The translations under genes and the position numbers were made by a program. The notes under the pieces were generated by a model that did not search any database, was not told the origin of the DNA, and saw only the letters and a program-made list of their open reading frames with translations. Below are positions 39,713-49,616 of a DNA stretch of 64,000 nucleotides, piece by piece. Positions within the stretch are counted from its first letter, which is position 1. Each line of letters starts with the position of its first letter. Origin of the DNA: an uncultured Acidimicrobiaceae bacterium (lineage in GTDB: Bacteria; Actinomycetota; Acidimicrobiia; Acidimicrobiales; SZUA-35); NCBI GenBank assembly GCA_964648795.1, contig CAZYMB010000002.1:131643-195642 (forward strand), written 5' to 3'.

Positions 39713-41092
39713 ATGAATACAGCAGCAACGCGCATACCGCCGAATAATCTTCCAGCCGAAGAGTCGGTTCTTGGTGCAATGCTGCTGTCACGGGAAGCTA
39801 TTGCCGAAGTTGTAGAAATTGTTGACGCCGACAACTTCTACAAACCAGCCCACGGCCATATCTGCGACGCCATCCTCAGCTTGTACGCAGCCGGCGAACC
39901 CGCTGATGCGGTTACGGTGGCAGACGAGCTAAGCCGTTCTGGTTTGTTGGAAGACATTGGTGGCCAATCATTCTTATTAGATTTGCAGGCTTCGACGCCT
40001 GCTATTTCTAATGCTGCGCATTACGCCAAGATTGTCGAAGAGCTGGCCCTGTTGCGCCGGCTAATTTATGTCAGTGGCGAAATAGCTGAGAACGCTTACG
40101 GCATGCCCGACGACGTTATTAAAACTCTGGATGATGCAGAGTCTCGAATCTTTGAGGTTGCTCAGCGCCGTGTAACGAATACAACGTCTCCAATTAAGGA
40201 CCTAATTGGTGCGACTCTTGACCGCCTTGAGATGCTCTACGACAAGGGTGATTCCATAACCGGATTGCAAACAGGTTTCCTTGATCTAGACGAGATGATG
40301 GCTGGTTTACAGCCGAGTGCCTTCTATGTAGTCGGTGCAAGACCGGCCATGGGTAAAACAGCGTTCGCTCTTGGGCTCAGCACTAATGCTGCCATGGCCG
40401 ACCAGAGGCCCGTTCTGATCTTCTCACTAGAGATGAGTCAGCTTGAGATCTCTCAGAGGATTCTCTGCTCAGAGGCTCTTGTGGACTCGTCGAGGCTTAA
40501 GACTGGACGAATTGAAGAAGGCGACTGGAATAGAATCTCTCACGCGGTTGGACGACTAGCTGAAGCCCCGCTTTACATTGACGATAATCCACATACTTCG
40601 GTAATGGAGATCCGTGCGAAGTCTCGTCGTCTCAAGAGTCGCATTGGTGACCTTGGTTTGATTGTCGTTGACTACATCCAGCTGATGACAGGTCGCAGCA
40701 ATGCCGAGAGTCGCCAGGTTGAGGTTTCAGAGATAAGTCGTAATTTGAAGATCCTGGCTCGTGAGTTAGAAGTTCCGGTAATTGCTTTGGCTCAGCTCAA
40801 CCGTGGGTTGGAGCAGCGAGTAGACAAGCGGCCGATGTTGAGTGACTTACGTGAGTCTGGTGGTCTTGAGCAGGACGCTGATGCTGTGTTCTTCTTGTAT
40901 CGTGACGAGGTTTACAATCAAGAATCACCAGACGCCGGTATTGCCGAAGTGATTATTGCTAAGCACCGCTCTGGTCCAACTGGGACATGTCGTCTAGCGT
41001 TCCGTGGTCAGTACACACGCTTTGACAATATGGCTAAGACTGTGTCTTCAGGGGCTTCGACACAATCTGGTGAGCCGACGGCAGGCTTTTAG
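39713..41092 (+). CDS. dnaB: Replicative DNA helicase DnaB (no intein)
   Basis: PPNNLPAEESVLGAML, Walker A GARPAMGKTAFAL, IVVDYIQLM and IALAQLNRGLEQR. Confidence 0.97.
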   Translation: MNTAATRIPPNNLPAEESVLGAMLLSREAIAEVVEIVDADNFYKPAHGHICDAILSLYAAGEPADAVTVADELSRSGLLEDIGGQSFLLDLQASTPAISNAAHYAKIVEELALLRRLIYVSGEIAENAYGMPDDVIKTLDDAESRIFEVAQRRVTNTTSPIKDLIGATLDRLEMLYDKGDSITGLQTGFLDLDEMMAGLQPSAFYVVGARPAMGKTAFALGLSTNAAMADQRPVLIFSLEMSQLEISQRILCSEALVDSSRLKTGRIEEGDWNRISHAVGRLAEAPLYIDDNPHTSVMEIRAKSRRLKSRIGDLGLIVVDYIQLMTGRSNAESRQVEVSEISRNLKILARELEVPVIALAQLNRGLEQRVDKRPMLSDLRESGGLEQDADAVFFLYRDEVYNQESPDAGIAEVIIAKHRSGPTGTCRLAFRGQYTRFDNMAKTVSSGASTQSGEPTAGF

Positions 41093-41095
41093 CCG

Positions 41096-41320
41096 CTAGC
41101 TAGGTGCTAGCAAGGTAACGGAGGCCCAGATTGTCATTACTGCGCCTGCAATTATGAATAGGGCGTTTCTACGCTGAATAGCTTTTTGGGTGGCTTCGTC
41201 GTGGTCGCCGGTCGGGTTGTTTCGTTCAGAAATTATGCGAGAAACCGTCCCAATTACGGCTCCAGCGCCAAAAGCCAAAATTAATAATGGAAAGAAATTC
41301 TCACCCAAAAGCATGCCCAA
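41096..41320 (-). CDS. Hypothetical small two-TM membrane protein
   Basis: 74 aa with two hydrophobic helices separated by a charged loop. Confidence 0.45.
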   Translation of the reverse strand: MGMLLGENFFPLLILAFGAGAVIGTVSRIISERNNPTGDHDEATQKAIQRRNALFIIAGAVMTIWASVTLLAPS

Positions 41321-41457
41321 ACCCTACCAAAAAAGCGGTGATTTCACCATTTGCCCAACGCCTGTAGTCGGTTTTGCTTAGGTTTGTGATCTAGAAGTTT
41401 GGACAAGCTTCTTTAGACTGGAACTAGCAGTAATTAGTAACTGTTAACCAAACTCGT

Positions 41458-42051
41458 ATGGAGGTTATTGTGCGGACGGTTGTATTTAAAGTAATTGGAA
41501 TTAGTGCAATGCTGGTAGGCGCTCTTGTCGCTCCAGCTTTTGCTTCAACGGCAACAGTAAGTGTTAGCGACCAGGGCTACATTTTCGGTTCAGAGGGTGA
41601 CGTAGTTTCGCTACAGTCAATTCCCGTGAGTAGTGAATACCAGGGTCAGACTCGCACGGTAACTGTTGAGACTCTGAACAACTTTAGTGTTCATGAGGGC
41701 AATGTGTTGACTGTTGTATCGGGAGATTCAACAAGCGAAATCATTTCCGTTGAAGGTGTCGCAGATGGCGCGGTATCGGAAAGTTTCGACCTTGTCTTGG
41801 GTGAGACAATTGAGCTTTCAGTAACACTTGGTGAAAGTGGGTCGTCTTCACTAACTGTAGACGTAACGCATGAGCCTTCAGTAGAAATTCAGGTTGAGTC
41901 AGTAATTGCTGATGTGTGTGACACAACAACAACTGGCGATGCTAGCTCTGATGATGCTAGCTCTGACTGTGACGTTGAAGAAGTAGTAACTGAGATTCCA
42001 GTTGCTGCTCCAGCTAAAGCTGTTACGGGTGAACCAGTTTACGCTGGCTAA
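41458..42051 (+). CDS. Hypothetical secreted acidic S/T/V-rich protein
   Basis: Signal peptide ...ISAMLVGALVAPAFAS. A strong terminator follows. An alternative GTG start is at 41470. Confidence 0.55.
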   Translation: MEVIVRTVVFKVIGISAMLVGALVAPAFASTATVSVSDQGYIFGSEGDVVSLQSIPVSSEYQGQTRTVTVETLNNFSVHEGNVLTVVSGDSTSEIISVEGVADGAVSESFDLVLGETIELSVTLGESGSSSLTVDVTHEPSVEIQVESVIADVCDTTTTGDASSDDASSDCDVEEVVTEIPVAAPAKAVTGEPVYAG

Positions 42052-42073
42052 GTCATCGTAAAATTAGAATTTA

Positions 42074-42115
42074 ATTTGGGAGCCGGGTGAAAACTCGGCT
42101 CCCAAATTATTTTTC
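42074..42115 (+). terminator. Rho-independent terminator
   Basis: atttgggagccg (42074-42085) / 10-nt loop / cggctcccaaat (42096-42107), followed by tattttt. Confidence 0.85.
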
Positions 42116-42255
42116 ACCCGATTAATTTCGCTCGAGGATTGAGCCATAGAGACCCTTGGGTGACTTTGTGAGTTTTCGCCCACGTCAGTGTCTGGGGCGC
42201 GTGCTAGTATTTCTCGAACGGATAGTTCAATGTGAATAAAAACACTTGACTACTT

Positions 42256-42277
42256 CTAATTACACATGTGTAATTAG
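42256..42277. promoter_or_regulatory. Perfect 22-bp palindrome upstream of nrdA (candidate operator)
   Basis: ctaattacaca|tgtgtaattag lies about 100 nt upstream of the nrdA ATG. Confidence 0.5.
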
Positions 42278-42376
42278 AGATCCAACATCTGCGATATGTG
42301 CAGGTCTACCAGCCCCACCATATTCACCTCAGGTGTTTACTTAACCGCCCTACTAAGCCCTTAGAGGTCAATTTTC

Positions 42377-44830
42377 ATGACACTTACAAACGATTACAGC
42401 GAAACAGAAACACTTAAAACGACTGAGTCGCCAGGTTCGGATCAACCAGTAATCGAGATGAGGGTCAAGAAACGTAACGGCGCTTTGGAATCTGTTGACG
42501 TTAACAAGATCGTTAACGCTGTAGCCAAGTGTTCGGAAGGGTTGCTCAACGTCGACCCAATGCGAGTTGCTACCCGAACTATCTCCGCTCTTGCAGACGG
42601 CGCTACTACCCAGGAGTTAGACGAGCTATCTATTAGAACTGCAGCTGGCTTCATTGTCGAAGAGCCAAACTACTCCAAGCTTGCTGCTCGACTTCTTTCT
42701 ACATATATAGACAAAGAAGTTCGCAACCAGAGCATTCCTTGGTTCTCTGAATCAATATCACGTGGTCACGAGCTGGGACTAATCAGCGATGAAGTTCTTG
42801 CGTTCGTAAATGACAATGCTCCAGCGCTAAATGCAGCCGTTAACTCAGATAGAGCCCGTAAGTTCGAGTTCCTAGGCCTACGCACTGTTTATGACCGCTA
42901 CTTGCTACGTCACCCTGAAACACGGGAAATTATAGAAACCCCACAGTATTTCTTCTTGCGTGTGGCCTGTGGCCTGTCTCGTTCAGCTGAAGAGGCTATT
43001 TCTTTCTATGACCTTATGAGTTCGTTGGCTTACCTGCCTTCAAGCCCAACTTTGTTCAACTCAGGTACGCGTCACGCTCAGATGTCGTCTTGTTACCTTC
43101 TTGATTCACCAAAAGATGACCTTGTAGATATTTACAAGCGTTATTCAGACATCGCCCGCCTCTCAAAGTTTGCTGGCGGCATTGGTGTTGCTTGGTCACG
43201 TATCCGATCTAAGGGCTCTCTAATTAAGGGGACCAATGGTCTTTCTTCTGGAGTTGTGCCTTGGCTTAAGACTCTTGATTCTTCAGTAGCGGCAGTTAAC
43301 CAGGGTGGCCGGCGTAAAGGCGCAGCTTGTATCTATCTAGAAAGCTGGCACGCAGACATAGAAGAATTCCTCGAACTGCGTGATAACACAGGCGATCATC
43401 AGCGTCGTGCGCATAACTTGAATCTTGCTAACTGGATTCCTGACTTGTTCATGGAACGTGTCGATAAAGATTGGCAGTGGTCACTGTTCGACCCTAAGAA
43501 GGTTCCTCAATTAGTAGATACCTATGGTGAGGACTTCCGTAGAGCTTACGAAGAAGCAGAGTCTAAAGGGCTTTACGAAAGACAAGTTTCTGCCCGTGAC
43601 CTTTACACCCGCATGATGCGAACCCTTGCTCAGACCGGTAACGGTTGGATGACTTTCAAGGACGCTTCGAATGAGAAGTGTAATCAGACTGGTTGGAACC
43701 CTGAAGAGGGCGAAGCGCCACCAGTTGTGCACCTATCTAACCTTTGTACCGAGATTCTAGAAGTTACCAGCGCTGGAGAAACAGCTGTATGTAACCTTGG
43801 TTCGGTCAACCTGGGTGAGTTCGTCAAGCCTGACAACAAGTCGTTCGACTTCGATGGCTTGGCTGCAACTGTTCAGCAGGTAATGCCATTCCTAGACCGT
43901 GTAATCGACATTAACTACTACCCAACAGAAGAAGCCGCTCACTCAAATGAGCGTTGGCGCCCGGTTGGTCTTGGTCTTATGGGGCTACAAGATGTCTTCT
44001 TCAAGATGGGGCTGTCTTTCGACTCACCAGAAGCGCAGAAACTATCTGCTCGCATCTCTGAAGAGATTTACTACAACGCTCTATGGGCCTCAACCGAACT
44101 AGCTGAGGCTAATGGCCCTCACGAGACGTTTGCTAAGACAAGAGCCGCTAAGGGCGAGCTTCAGTTCGACATGTGGGATGTAACCCCAACAGATGAGGAA
44201 CGTTGGCAACTAGTTCGTGACCGTATTGCTTCCCACGGTTTGCGCAACTCACTAATGATCGCAATTGCTCCAACAGCTACCATTGCTTCGATTGCTGGTT
44301 GTTTCGAGTGTATTGAACCGCAGGTTTCTAACTTATTTAAGAAAGAGACTTTGTCTGGCGAGTTCCTTCTAATTAACCGCTACTTGGTTAGCGAACTTCA
44401 GGAGCGAGGTCTCTGGGATGAAGAGATGATCTCAGAGGTTAAGCAAGCAGAAGGATCAATCCAAGGCATTGATCGTATCCCTGATGACCTGAAAGAGATC
44501 TTCAGAACTGCTTGGGAAATCCCAATGCGGTCACTAATTGATATGGCAACTGGTCGAGGAGCATTCATTGACCAAAGCCAGTCACTAAACCTATTTATGG
44601 AATCTCCAACAATAGGTAAGCTCTCGTCTATGTATATGTATGCGTGGAAGGCGGGTATTAAGACCACTTACTACATGAGGTCTCGCCCAGCTACTCGCAT
44701 CAACAAGACAACTACTCAGAAAACAACTCCAATAACATCACCAGATGATGACAAAAAGACTGAGTACACAGACGCAGAAGCGCTTGCATGTTCGCTGGAG
44801 AACCCAGAATCGTGCGAAGCGTGTGACTAG
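42377..44830 (+). CDS. nrdA: Ribonucleoside-diphosphate reductase alpha subunit, class Ia (ATP-cone present)
   Basis: N-terminal ATP-cone VKKRNGALESVDVNKIVNAV, active site SNLCTEI, and C-terminal Cys pair ...ESCEACD. Confidence 0.95.
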   Translation: MTLTNDYSETETLKTTESPGSDQPVIEMRVKKRNGALESVDVNKIVNAVAKCSEGLLNVDPMRVATRTISALADGATTQELDELSIRTAAGFIVEEPNYSKLAARLLSTYIDKEVRNQSIPWFSESISRGHELGLISDEVLAFVNDNAPALNAAVNSDRARKFEFLGLRTVYDRYLLRHPETREIIETPQYFFLRVACGLSRSAEEAISFYDLMSSLAYLPSSPTLFNSGTRHAQMSSCYLLDSPKDDLVDIYKRYSDIARLSKFAGGIGVAWSRIRSKGSLIKGTNGLSSGVVPWLKTLDSSVAAVNQGGRRKGAACIYLESWHADIEEFLELRDNTGDHQRRAHNLNLANWIPDLFMERVDKDWQWSLFDPKKVPQLVDTYGEDFRRAYEEAESKGLYERQVSARDLYTRMMRTLAQTGNGWMTFKDASNEKCNQTGWNPEEGEAPPVVHLSNLCTEILEVTSAGETAVCNLGSVNLGEFVKPDNKSFDFDGLAATVQQVMPFLDRVIDINYYPTEEAAHSNERWRPVGLGLMGLQDVFFKMGLSFDSPEAQKLSARISEEIYYNALWASTELAEANGPHETFAKTRAAKGELQFDMWDVTPTDEERWQLVRDRIASHGLRNSLMIAIAPTATIASIAGCFECIEPQVSNLFKKETLSGEFLLINRYLVSELQERGLWDEEMISEVKQAEGSIQGIDRIPDDLKEIFRTAWEIPMRSLIDMATGRGAFIDQSQSLNLFMESPTIGKLSSMYMYAWKAGIKTTYYMRSRPATRINKTTTQKTTPITSPDDDKKTEYTDAEALACSLENPESCEACD

Positions 44831-44897
44831 AGATATTTAACCACTAGTATCAAAACCCGCACCAGAATTCCCGTCCAACCAACTCAGAAAGACTTTA

Positions 44898-45977
44898 ATG
44901 GCTGTTACCAATGACGCTCAATCGTATGAGAAACAAGAGAGTCAAGCCCCTAAACAACAAACCTCTAGCCGCCCAAACAACATTCTGGACCCAGGGTTTG
45001 ATTTAACGCTTCGCCCAATGCGTTACCCACAATTCTACGAAATGTACCAAGACGCTATTAAGAACACTTGGACAGTAGATGAAATTGACTTTTCAGATGA
45101 CTTAACTGATCTTGATCGCAAGCTAATGCCAGCAGAGAAGCATCTTGTGTCTCGCCTGGTTGCATTCTTTGCTACCGGCGATTCGATTGTTGCGAACAAC
45201 TTAGTGCTGAACCTTTACGAACACATCAATGCTCCAGAAGCTCGCATGTATCTGTCTCGTCAGCTTTACGAAGAAGCACTACACGTACAGTTCTATTTAA
45301 CACTTCTAGATAACTACATTCCAGATCATGAAGAGCGTGCCCAAGCATTCGATGCACTAGAGAACATTCCTTCTATTCGCCATAAGGGCGAGTTCTGCTT
45401 TAAGTGGATTGATTCACTTGAGCACATAGACAAGATCGAAACTAAGGAAGATCGTAAGAAGTTCTTGTTGAACCTCATCTGCTTCGCTACTTGTATTGAA
45501 GGCTTGTTCTTCTTCGCAGCGTTCGCTTATGTTTACTTCCTGCGTTCTAAAGGCCTACTTAACGGTCTAGCGTCTGGAACTAACTGGGTGTTCCGTGACG
45601 AAAGCTGTCATATGAACTTTGCTCTAGAAGTAGTGAATACAGTTCGTAACGAAGAACCAGACTTGTTCGATGATGATCTAGAAGAACAGATCATTCAAAT
45701 GATTAATGAAGCAGTGGATGCAGAGCACATGTTCGCTGCCGACGTGTTGGGCGAAGGTGTGCCAGGTATGAGCCTTAAAGATATGCGCACATACCTAGAG
45801 TTTGTTGCCGATCAGCGTTTCTCGCAGCTTGGTATCGAACCACAGTTCAAAGTAAAGAACCCGTTTGACTTTATGGAACTACAAGACGTTCAAGAACTAA
45901 CTAACTTCTTTGAGCGAACAGTGTCTGCTTACCAAACAGGCGTCACGGGTGACGTCAGCTTCGACGAGGAATTTTAG
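44898..45977 (+). CDS. nrdB: Ribonucleoside-diphosphate reductase beta subunit
   Basis: Di-iron ligand contexts YEEALHVQFY and FRDESCHMNF, and an acidic C-terminal tail ...DVSFDEEF. Confidence 0.95.
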   Translation: MAVTNDAQSYEKQESQAPKQQTSSRPNNILDPGFDLTLRPMRYPQFYEMYQDAIKNTWTVDEIDFSDDLTDLDRKLMPAEKHLVSRLVAFFATGDSIVANNLVLNLYEHINAPEARMYLSRQLYEEALHVQFYLTLLDNYIPDHEERAQAFDALENIPSIRHKGEFCFKWIDSLEHIDKIETKEDRKKFLLNLICFATCIEGLFFFAAFAYVYFLRSKGLLNGLASGTNWVFRDESCHMNFALEVVNTVRNEEPDLFDDDLEEQIIQMINEAVDAEHMFAADVLGEGVPGMSLKDMRTYLEFVADQRFSQLGIEPQFKVKNPFDFMELQDVQELTNFFERTVSAYQTGVTGDVSFDEEF

Positions 45978-45984
45978 TAACTCT

Positions 45985-46896
45985 TTACTGGGTCGGGGGC
46001 CTTCGAGCATTCTCGGCTCGTTTAGTTAGAAAGTCTTGGAGACTCTCGGATATATCTTCAGGTTTAGTTTCTACGATCCTGATTGATTTGCGGGTCTTAG
46101 GTTGCGGGGCTCGTTTCGCTGGGGCCTTACGCTTGCTCGTTTGTGGTTTACTTCTCTTGGACTTAGTGGCCTTAGTCGGATCTGATATACCAGTTTCTGG
46201 TGCTGTTAGATCCATCAAGCCCAGAAGAAAGAGTTGTTCTCTGACGACATGAAGGTCGACCCCAACTTTCTGAGCGAGAAGTTGCTGTTTGCCGCTGTGT
46301 CTTATTCGTTGTAGGACTACTGATTCGCTAATATCTCGGTTGGCTTTTTTAGCCGCATCTATTTTTTCTGTAGTGTCTGCTAGTTCTAGTTGTATGTCCA
46401 GTATGGCTTTAAAGTGCGAGCCGGGCTGCTTTGCTTCACTAGTGATGATGCCTTTGATTCGGCTATTTACGTTGCGCCGAATCTGGGTTGCAAGTAGGTC
46501 TTTGGTAGCGGCGTCGACGTCCGTGATAGATCGAATAGTTCTGTAGAGCTCGAGGGAACCGGCAGCTAGCAATATATCCGGGTCAATTAGTCCAAGCAGT
46601 CTTGGGATGTGATTGATACCAAGTGCAGTTGGATCTGCCGCATTGAGTTGGCTTTTGGCCCTCTTAGTGACTGCCATGACAAGGGGCGAGTAGTGTCGCC
46701 AGAGCAGTTTTGCTGCTTTATCTCCTTCAAAAAGTTTAGTGCTGACTTCGAGTTGTTGGCTTGGGTCAAGGTTGCGGTTATCTACGCCACGGAGCTTGTT
46801 GGCATCGGTAAGAGTTTTCCACGTTGATGCTAGTTCTTTGGCGCCTAGTTTTTGGCCGGAGAACAACGATGAAAAATTTGAAATGTTTATGGTCAT
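45985..46896 (-). CDS. Hypothetical protein with Lys/Arg/Pro-rich tail; possible sigma-like/HTH regulator divergent from the T4SS-like operon
   Basis: 303 aa. LLWRHYSPLVMAVTKRA weakly recalls sigma region 2. QQLLAQKVGVDLHVVREQL looks like an HTH. Tail: KSKRSKPQTSKRKAPAKRAPQPKTRK. The functional call is speculative. Confidence 0.35.
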   Translation of the reverse strand: MTINISNFSSLFSGQKLGAKELASTWKTLTDANKLRGVDNRNLDPSQQLEVSTKLFEGDKAAKLLWRHYSPLVMAVTKRAKSQLNAADPTALGINHIPRLLGLIDPDILLAAGSLELYRTIRSITDVDAATKDLLATQIRRNVNSRIKGIITSEAKQPGSHFKAILDIQLELADTTEKIDAAKKANRDISESVVLQRIRHSGKQQLLAQKVGVDLHVVREQLFLLGLMDLTAPETGISDPTKATKSKRSKPQTSKRKAPAKRAPQPKTRKSIRIVETKPEDISESLQDFLTKRAENARRPPTQ

Positions 46897-47171
46897 TTGT
46901 CCGCCTTATTGGTTATTAACTCTAGCCAAAAGCCATCGTTTTTGGTGATTCGGTCAACTTGATAGGGCAGCGGCCCCAATAGCTTGGGTAAATCTATTAT
47001 TCAGCTAGAATAGCGAGGTTAACGCCCTGGTTATCTAAAAACCAGTGTGGTAATCTTTAGATATAGCTAATTAAGAACTAGCTAGGCGGAAATTCGGCGG
47101 AACATTTTAAGCAAGGCTTTAGCGGGCAAGCTTCCAATTACTTCCGGGTTCTTACTAAAAGGAAAGTAATC

Positions 47172-47540
47172 ATGTTAGAAGTTCTAGATATTGTGAGCTT
47201 TGATTTATTGGCACAAGTAGATGTGCCCGAAGTTGGAAGTACAGAGATTCCTGGTCTTGGGCCAGTTCTCATAACAGTCCTTGAATGGGTTAAGTGGCTA
47301 TCAATCATCGCAGGTATTGGTGGCATTATTGTTATCGCCATCATGATGATGATCGGTCGTAGAAACCGTTCGCAGATGGCTGCAGATGGTCTATCTGCTC
47401 TCCCATGGATTGTTGGCGGGCTTATCTTAATTGGTATCTCAACTCAGTTTGCTCAGTGGCTAATCGATGCTGGTGAAGCAGGAGAATTTGGCGACGAGCA
47501 AGCGGCAGCATTAGTCGTAGAAGAAACTGAAGCTATCTAG
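47172..47540 (+). CDS. VirB2/TrbC-like two-TM small protein (paralog 1)
   Basis: RBS AAAGGAAAG. Two TM helices are separated by IGRRNRS. The protein aligns without gaps to the product of 49616-50302. Confidence 0.6.
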   Translation: MLEVLDIVSFDLLAQVDVPEVGSTEIPGLGPVLITVLEWVKWLSIIAGIGGIIVIAIMMMIGRRNRSQMAADGLSALPWIVGGLILIGISTQFAQWLIDAGEAGEFGDEQAAALVVEETEAI

Positions 47541-47583
47541 CTAAAGCTTCTTCTAGGAGCTTAGTTAGCGACAGGACCGAGAG

Positions 47584-48315
47584 ATGCGTCAGTCACAGGC
47601 ACAAGCAAGGATCATACTTTCCACGGTTGCCATATTGGTAATCGGAGGCCTTGCCGTGCTTGGCTGGTTCGTCATTAATAACACTCGAGACGAGACCATT
47701 GAAGAGGTAGCGGCTGCACCTGTTAGCCTTGAGCAAGTTCCGGCGACTCCATTTGAGTCCGAGCTTGACCGGCTTGGGACACTTACGAGAGCACAATTGA
47801 TCGCTAATCCAGTTGGTTACTCGTTTGAATCGCCTCAGCAAACATACTGGTATCCAGTCTCAGAAGAGTTTGGCCCAACTATTTTTGATGGCGTCACATC
47901 GTCTGGTTTCAGTAGGACTACTGAAGGAGCGGGCTTAGCAGCTATTCATCTGTACTATCGAAGCTTTCCAGTTAATCCAGAATTCCAGACAGTGTTAGAT
48001 GACCAGATAACCGGGCCTTCTAAATCGGTTATCGCTGATTCTAGGGTCTCTGCTGCAGAGCAACTGACCGGTTTTGATTCGGTCGCTCAGCGAACTTTCC
48101 CGGTCGGGTGGGATGTGTTGTCCTATGACGAAAACTCAGCAGAATTTCTTATTTACTATGGCGAAATAGAATCTGTTGATCTTTTTGGTCGACGACTCAG
48201 GGTGGCATGGAGTGACAATGATTGGAAGTTAGTGGCTTCTGGTGAGGCCCCATTCAGATCAATTAGTGATGTAGGTGTTCCAAGAGATTTCGATCTTACA
48301 GGGGCGTTCAAATGA
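47584..48315 (+). CDS. Bitopic membrane protein, possible VirB8-like T4SS component
   Basis: One N-terminal TM (IILSTVAILVIGGLAVLGWFVI) followed by an extracytoplasmic domain of about 200 aa. The VirB8-like call is based on architecture and position only. Confidence 0.4.
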   Translation: MRQSQAQARIILSTVAILVIGGLAVLGWFVINNTRDETIEEVAAAPVSLEQVPATPFESELDRLGTLTRAQLIANPVGYSFESPQQTYWYPVSEEFGPTIFDGVTSSGFSRTTEGAGLAAIHLYYRSFPVNPEFQTVLDDQITGPSKSVIADSRVSAAEQLTGFDSVAQRTFPVGWDVLSYDENSAEFLIYYGEIESVDLFGRRLRVAWSDNDWKLVASGEAPFRSISDVGVPRDFDLTGAFK

Positions 48316-49616
48316 AACGAATAATTTTTCTTAGTGTAGCTATTGTGTTCGCCGTGCTGTTGGCGCCGAGTGTTGCCTTTGCACAAGAGGTATCAATTCC
48401 TAATGACGCCGAGTGGCCGGCGATTCAGAACGATGAGAACTTCTTAGAGCTATACGAATTGTTTTCGAGTGAGGTTTCGGGTAATAGTACGTTGTCGGTC
48501 CCCACAGCGGAAGAGTTCTTTCAGACATTGAGTGAATTTGATGGTAATGATGGAGAGTACGGACGAGAGGAAGCGAGAAATCTTGGCCAAGTCTTTGTTG
48601 AGGTGCGAGGCGCCGATATACATGATCAGGGGAGTATCAACTCTTGTTCCTACAACGAGTTGGGCGGTCGTAAAGGAACAATTTCTAGCCCTCTTTCATT
48701 CATTGACGGACCGTTTGTTAGGGCCGACGCTTGGATTTGTAACAATTTTGTACCGAGTGAAATTGCGGAAGATGCCTTAGACAGCGCTGGCGATCAAATA
48801 TCTGAGACAGGTGATAGTGCGAGGGCTTGGGCAACCGAAGCTTTTGAATCTGTTGTCCATTGGATAGCAGGACGTCCTTCACTTATTACTACTGATGGTT
48901 GGGCTCAAACCACCCTGGCTGTTAATAGAGCCCTATTCACAATCACCATTGGAATAGTTGCGGCTGGAGTGCTTTGGCAGGCATTACGAATAATTTGGAA
49001 TAAGAGCGGCGTGCCGTTAGCTGACCTTATTAAGTCGATAGGTATTTTCGTCTTTGTCTCCATAACAGGGGTTTTCTTAGTTCAGTTAGCTTCAGCTGCT
49101 TCTGATGAGTTAGCAGCAAATTTCATTAGTTCAATTGACCTCGAGGAGCTAGAAGATTTTCAGCTGCCTGTACCCGAAGCCGTAGGCGATGTAGTAGTGG
49201 CAATATGGTCTCTGCTGTTGATCGTTGGGTTGGCGTTTCAGTTCATTGCAATCTTCGTCAAGGAGATTGGTGTTGTTATAGCAAGTGGCGCTCTAGCACT
49301 GGCTGCGGCAGGTCAGTTCTTTAATTTCTCTAAGCAATGGTTAGACAAGATAATTGGTGCCGTTATTGGCTTCATGGTGTTCAAGCCATTTATCGCTTTG
49401 AGTTTGGCGATCGGGTTTGAGATGATGAAGATCCCTGGAATCGTCGGGGTGATGGCTGGTGGTGTTACTGTCTTTATGACTGCTTTCGGTATCGGTCCAT
49501 TAATGAAGATCTTCACCAATATTGACTATGCCGGCAGTATCGGAAGCGGCTCGTCAATGGGTACTGGGGCTGTAATTCCAAGCGCTGGCCGAGGCGCACC
49601 AACGGGGGCGAGCTAA
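48312..49616 (+). CDS. TrbL/VirB6-like polytopic membrane protein
   Basis: Signal peptide ...APSVAFAQE, an ectodomain of about 180 aa, then 5-6 TM helices and a Gly/Ser-rich tail. Confidence 0.65.
   Translation: MKRIIFLSVAIVFAVLLAPSVAFAQEVSIPNDAEWPAIQNDENFLELYELFSSEVSGNSTLSVPTAEEFFQTLSEFDGNDGEYGREEARNLGQVFVEVRGADIHDQGSINSCSYNELGGRKGTISSPLSFIDGPFVRADAWICNNFVPSEIAEDALDSAGDQISETGDSARAWATEAFESVVHWIAGRPSLITTDGWAQTTLAVNRALFTITIGIVAAGVLWQALRIIWNKSGVPLADLIKSIGIFVFVSITGVFLVQLASAASDELAANFISSIDLEELEDFQLPVPEAVGDVVVAIWSLLLIVGLAFQFIAIFVKEIGVVIASGALALAAAGQFFNFSKQWLDKIIGAVIGFMVFKPFIALSLAIGFEMMKIPGIVGVMAGGVTVFMTAFGIGPLMKIFTNIDYAGSIGSGSSMGTGAVIPSAGRGAPTGAS

Noticed and set aside
42285-42301. A second NrdR-box-like element (ACATCTGCGATATGT) next to the 22-bp palindrome, which would make a canonical tandem NrdR operator.
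   Set aside because: Only the outer ACAT/ATGT arms pair. The centre-to-centre distance of about 25 nt does not fit the roughly 31-32 nt spacing I recall. It is kept only as a weak note.
42116-42376. A cobalamin riboswitch upstream of the RNR operon.
   Set aside because: The operon is class Ia (ATP-cone NrdA plus di-iron NrdB), which is not B12-dependent. I could not see a B12-box-like element.
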